Shown one piece after another: positions 62,794 through 64,000 of a stretch of DNA of 64,000 nt (positions within the stretch are counted from its first letter, which is position 1; every line of letters starts with the position of its first letter). The notes under the pieces are model-generated. The model did no database searches and had not been told where the DNA came from. It worked only from the letters and a program-made list of their open reading frames with translations. A program made the translations under genes and the position numbers. The DNA is from the human T2T-CHM13v2.0 reference genome, Homo sapiens, in NCBI RefSeq assembly GCF_009914755.1, contig NC_060927.1, one strand, 5' to 3'.

Positions 62794-64000
62794 GCGATTC
62801 TCTGGCCCGGCGGCTGTGCCAAAGGAGGGCGCACCGGGTGGGGGGCGCCTGGGCAGCGAGTGCCTCAAGGAGAAGGAGAACAGAGTCCCTGGAGGGGTCT
62901 CAGGGGCCGGAGAGCCAGACCCGGAAATGGACAGGGGAGATGCAGAAACAGGACTTCTGAGACGCAGGAAGACAGTGATGGAAAAGATGGTGATGCAGTG
63001 GGTGAGGCCGATGCAGCCAGGGCGGGGCGGACAGGGAGGCTTTGGTGGGTAGTTACCAGGAGAAAGCCCCACAGTGAACACTGGAAACACCTGGCTTTTA
63101 TAAAGCGCTCTTTGCCTGTTCGTAAAGTCTCATAAATCTCACTTGGTTCCCGTCAGTAATCCTAGGATGAGACAGAGGACAGAGACCGTGTAGCTATTCC
63201 CAGCTTATAGATGCAGAAACTGAGGCTCTGGGAGCTTATTCAACTTGCTATAGGTCACACAGGTCTACTAACTTGGCACCCAAAGGTCCTTCGTCAGCGC
63301 CAGACTGCCTCCCTAACCTAACAAGGTGTTAGCAGGAAGGATGGGCACCTGAGCAAGCTGGCGTGCCCACTTGGGGGGAAGCAGGGGAAGGGGAAAATGG
63401 CTAGATACACAGCACCAGCCACAAGAGGCAGGAATGGAGAGAAGGATTCGACTGCTAGGCAAAAAGGACGTAGGCCTGTAGAATGATGTGTCTACCCAAT
63501 TCCCTTTGCCCCCAAGCTGTCCTGCTGGAGTTCTGACAGTCTAAACCCTGGAGAGGTGGGAGACCACACTCCTACCCAGCCTGGGGGTAAACAGCTTTTA
63601 CTTTCCCCTTCTTCATCCTCCAACTCTCTCCCCAGAGCTTCTGACAGGGAGCCTAGAGGTCTAAGTGAGCTTCCTTCTTTGTCTCTCTCTGCTGGTCATC
63701 TCTGCAGACTGGAAGATAAACCTTGCCAGAGTTACAAATTGGGAGGAGAAAAATTCCAAGAGGTCAGAATAAACTAACCCTTGGGTAATCCAGCCTTTGA
63801 GTATTCCACTATTAGCCAAGTTGTAAAAAAAAACATGAATTTAGTCAATAAAAATTCTAGAGAACCCTCAATGTACAAAGCATTGTGCTAGTTGCTACCA
63901 GGATAGAGAGATGACCAAACTCTAGACCGGGAACAAGTCGAACAAGTCAGTGACGGAGAAGAGCTAGCCACTATCTCTAGGTCAGAGCAAAGTTCTGGGT

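Noticed and set aside
63931-63948. 9-bp tandem duplication gaacaagtc x2, and similar micro-repeats near 25803 and 50900
   Set aside because: Ordinary slippage or hairpin-scale events with no functional cue.

Overview
This is mammalian, apparently human, genomic DNA; the AluYa5 points to human. It covers the 5' end of adenylate cyclase 5 (ADCY5) on the minus strand. A CpG island (~59.9-63.0 kb) holds the promoter and a 1134-nt coding exon 1 (ATG at 61122, donor after 59989; 378 aa covering the N-terminus and TM1-5). The other ~60 kb is intron 1, filled with Alu, MIR, L1, L2, CR1, MaLR/ERVL LTR and DNA-transposon relics. Nearly all ORFs in the supplied track look like noise. I found no convincing wholly new biological system. 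The most interesting region is 28.7-30.0 kb. It has a TATA-preceded alternative first coding exon (28 aa, phase 0, matching the short ADCY5 isoform as I recall it) with two competing splice donors. Upstream of it lies an MLT1 LTR that has gained a perfect CRE and an inverted 108-bp templated copy of nearby unique DNA. Other notable items are a uORF in the main 5' leader, a perfect RFX X-box, a consensus-identical AluYa5, and a 1.1-kb polypurine tract that appears to have grown inside an Alu tail. Repeat subfamily names come from remembered consensus sequences, and boundaries of old repeats are approximate.
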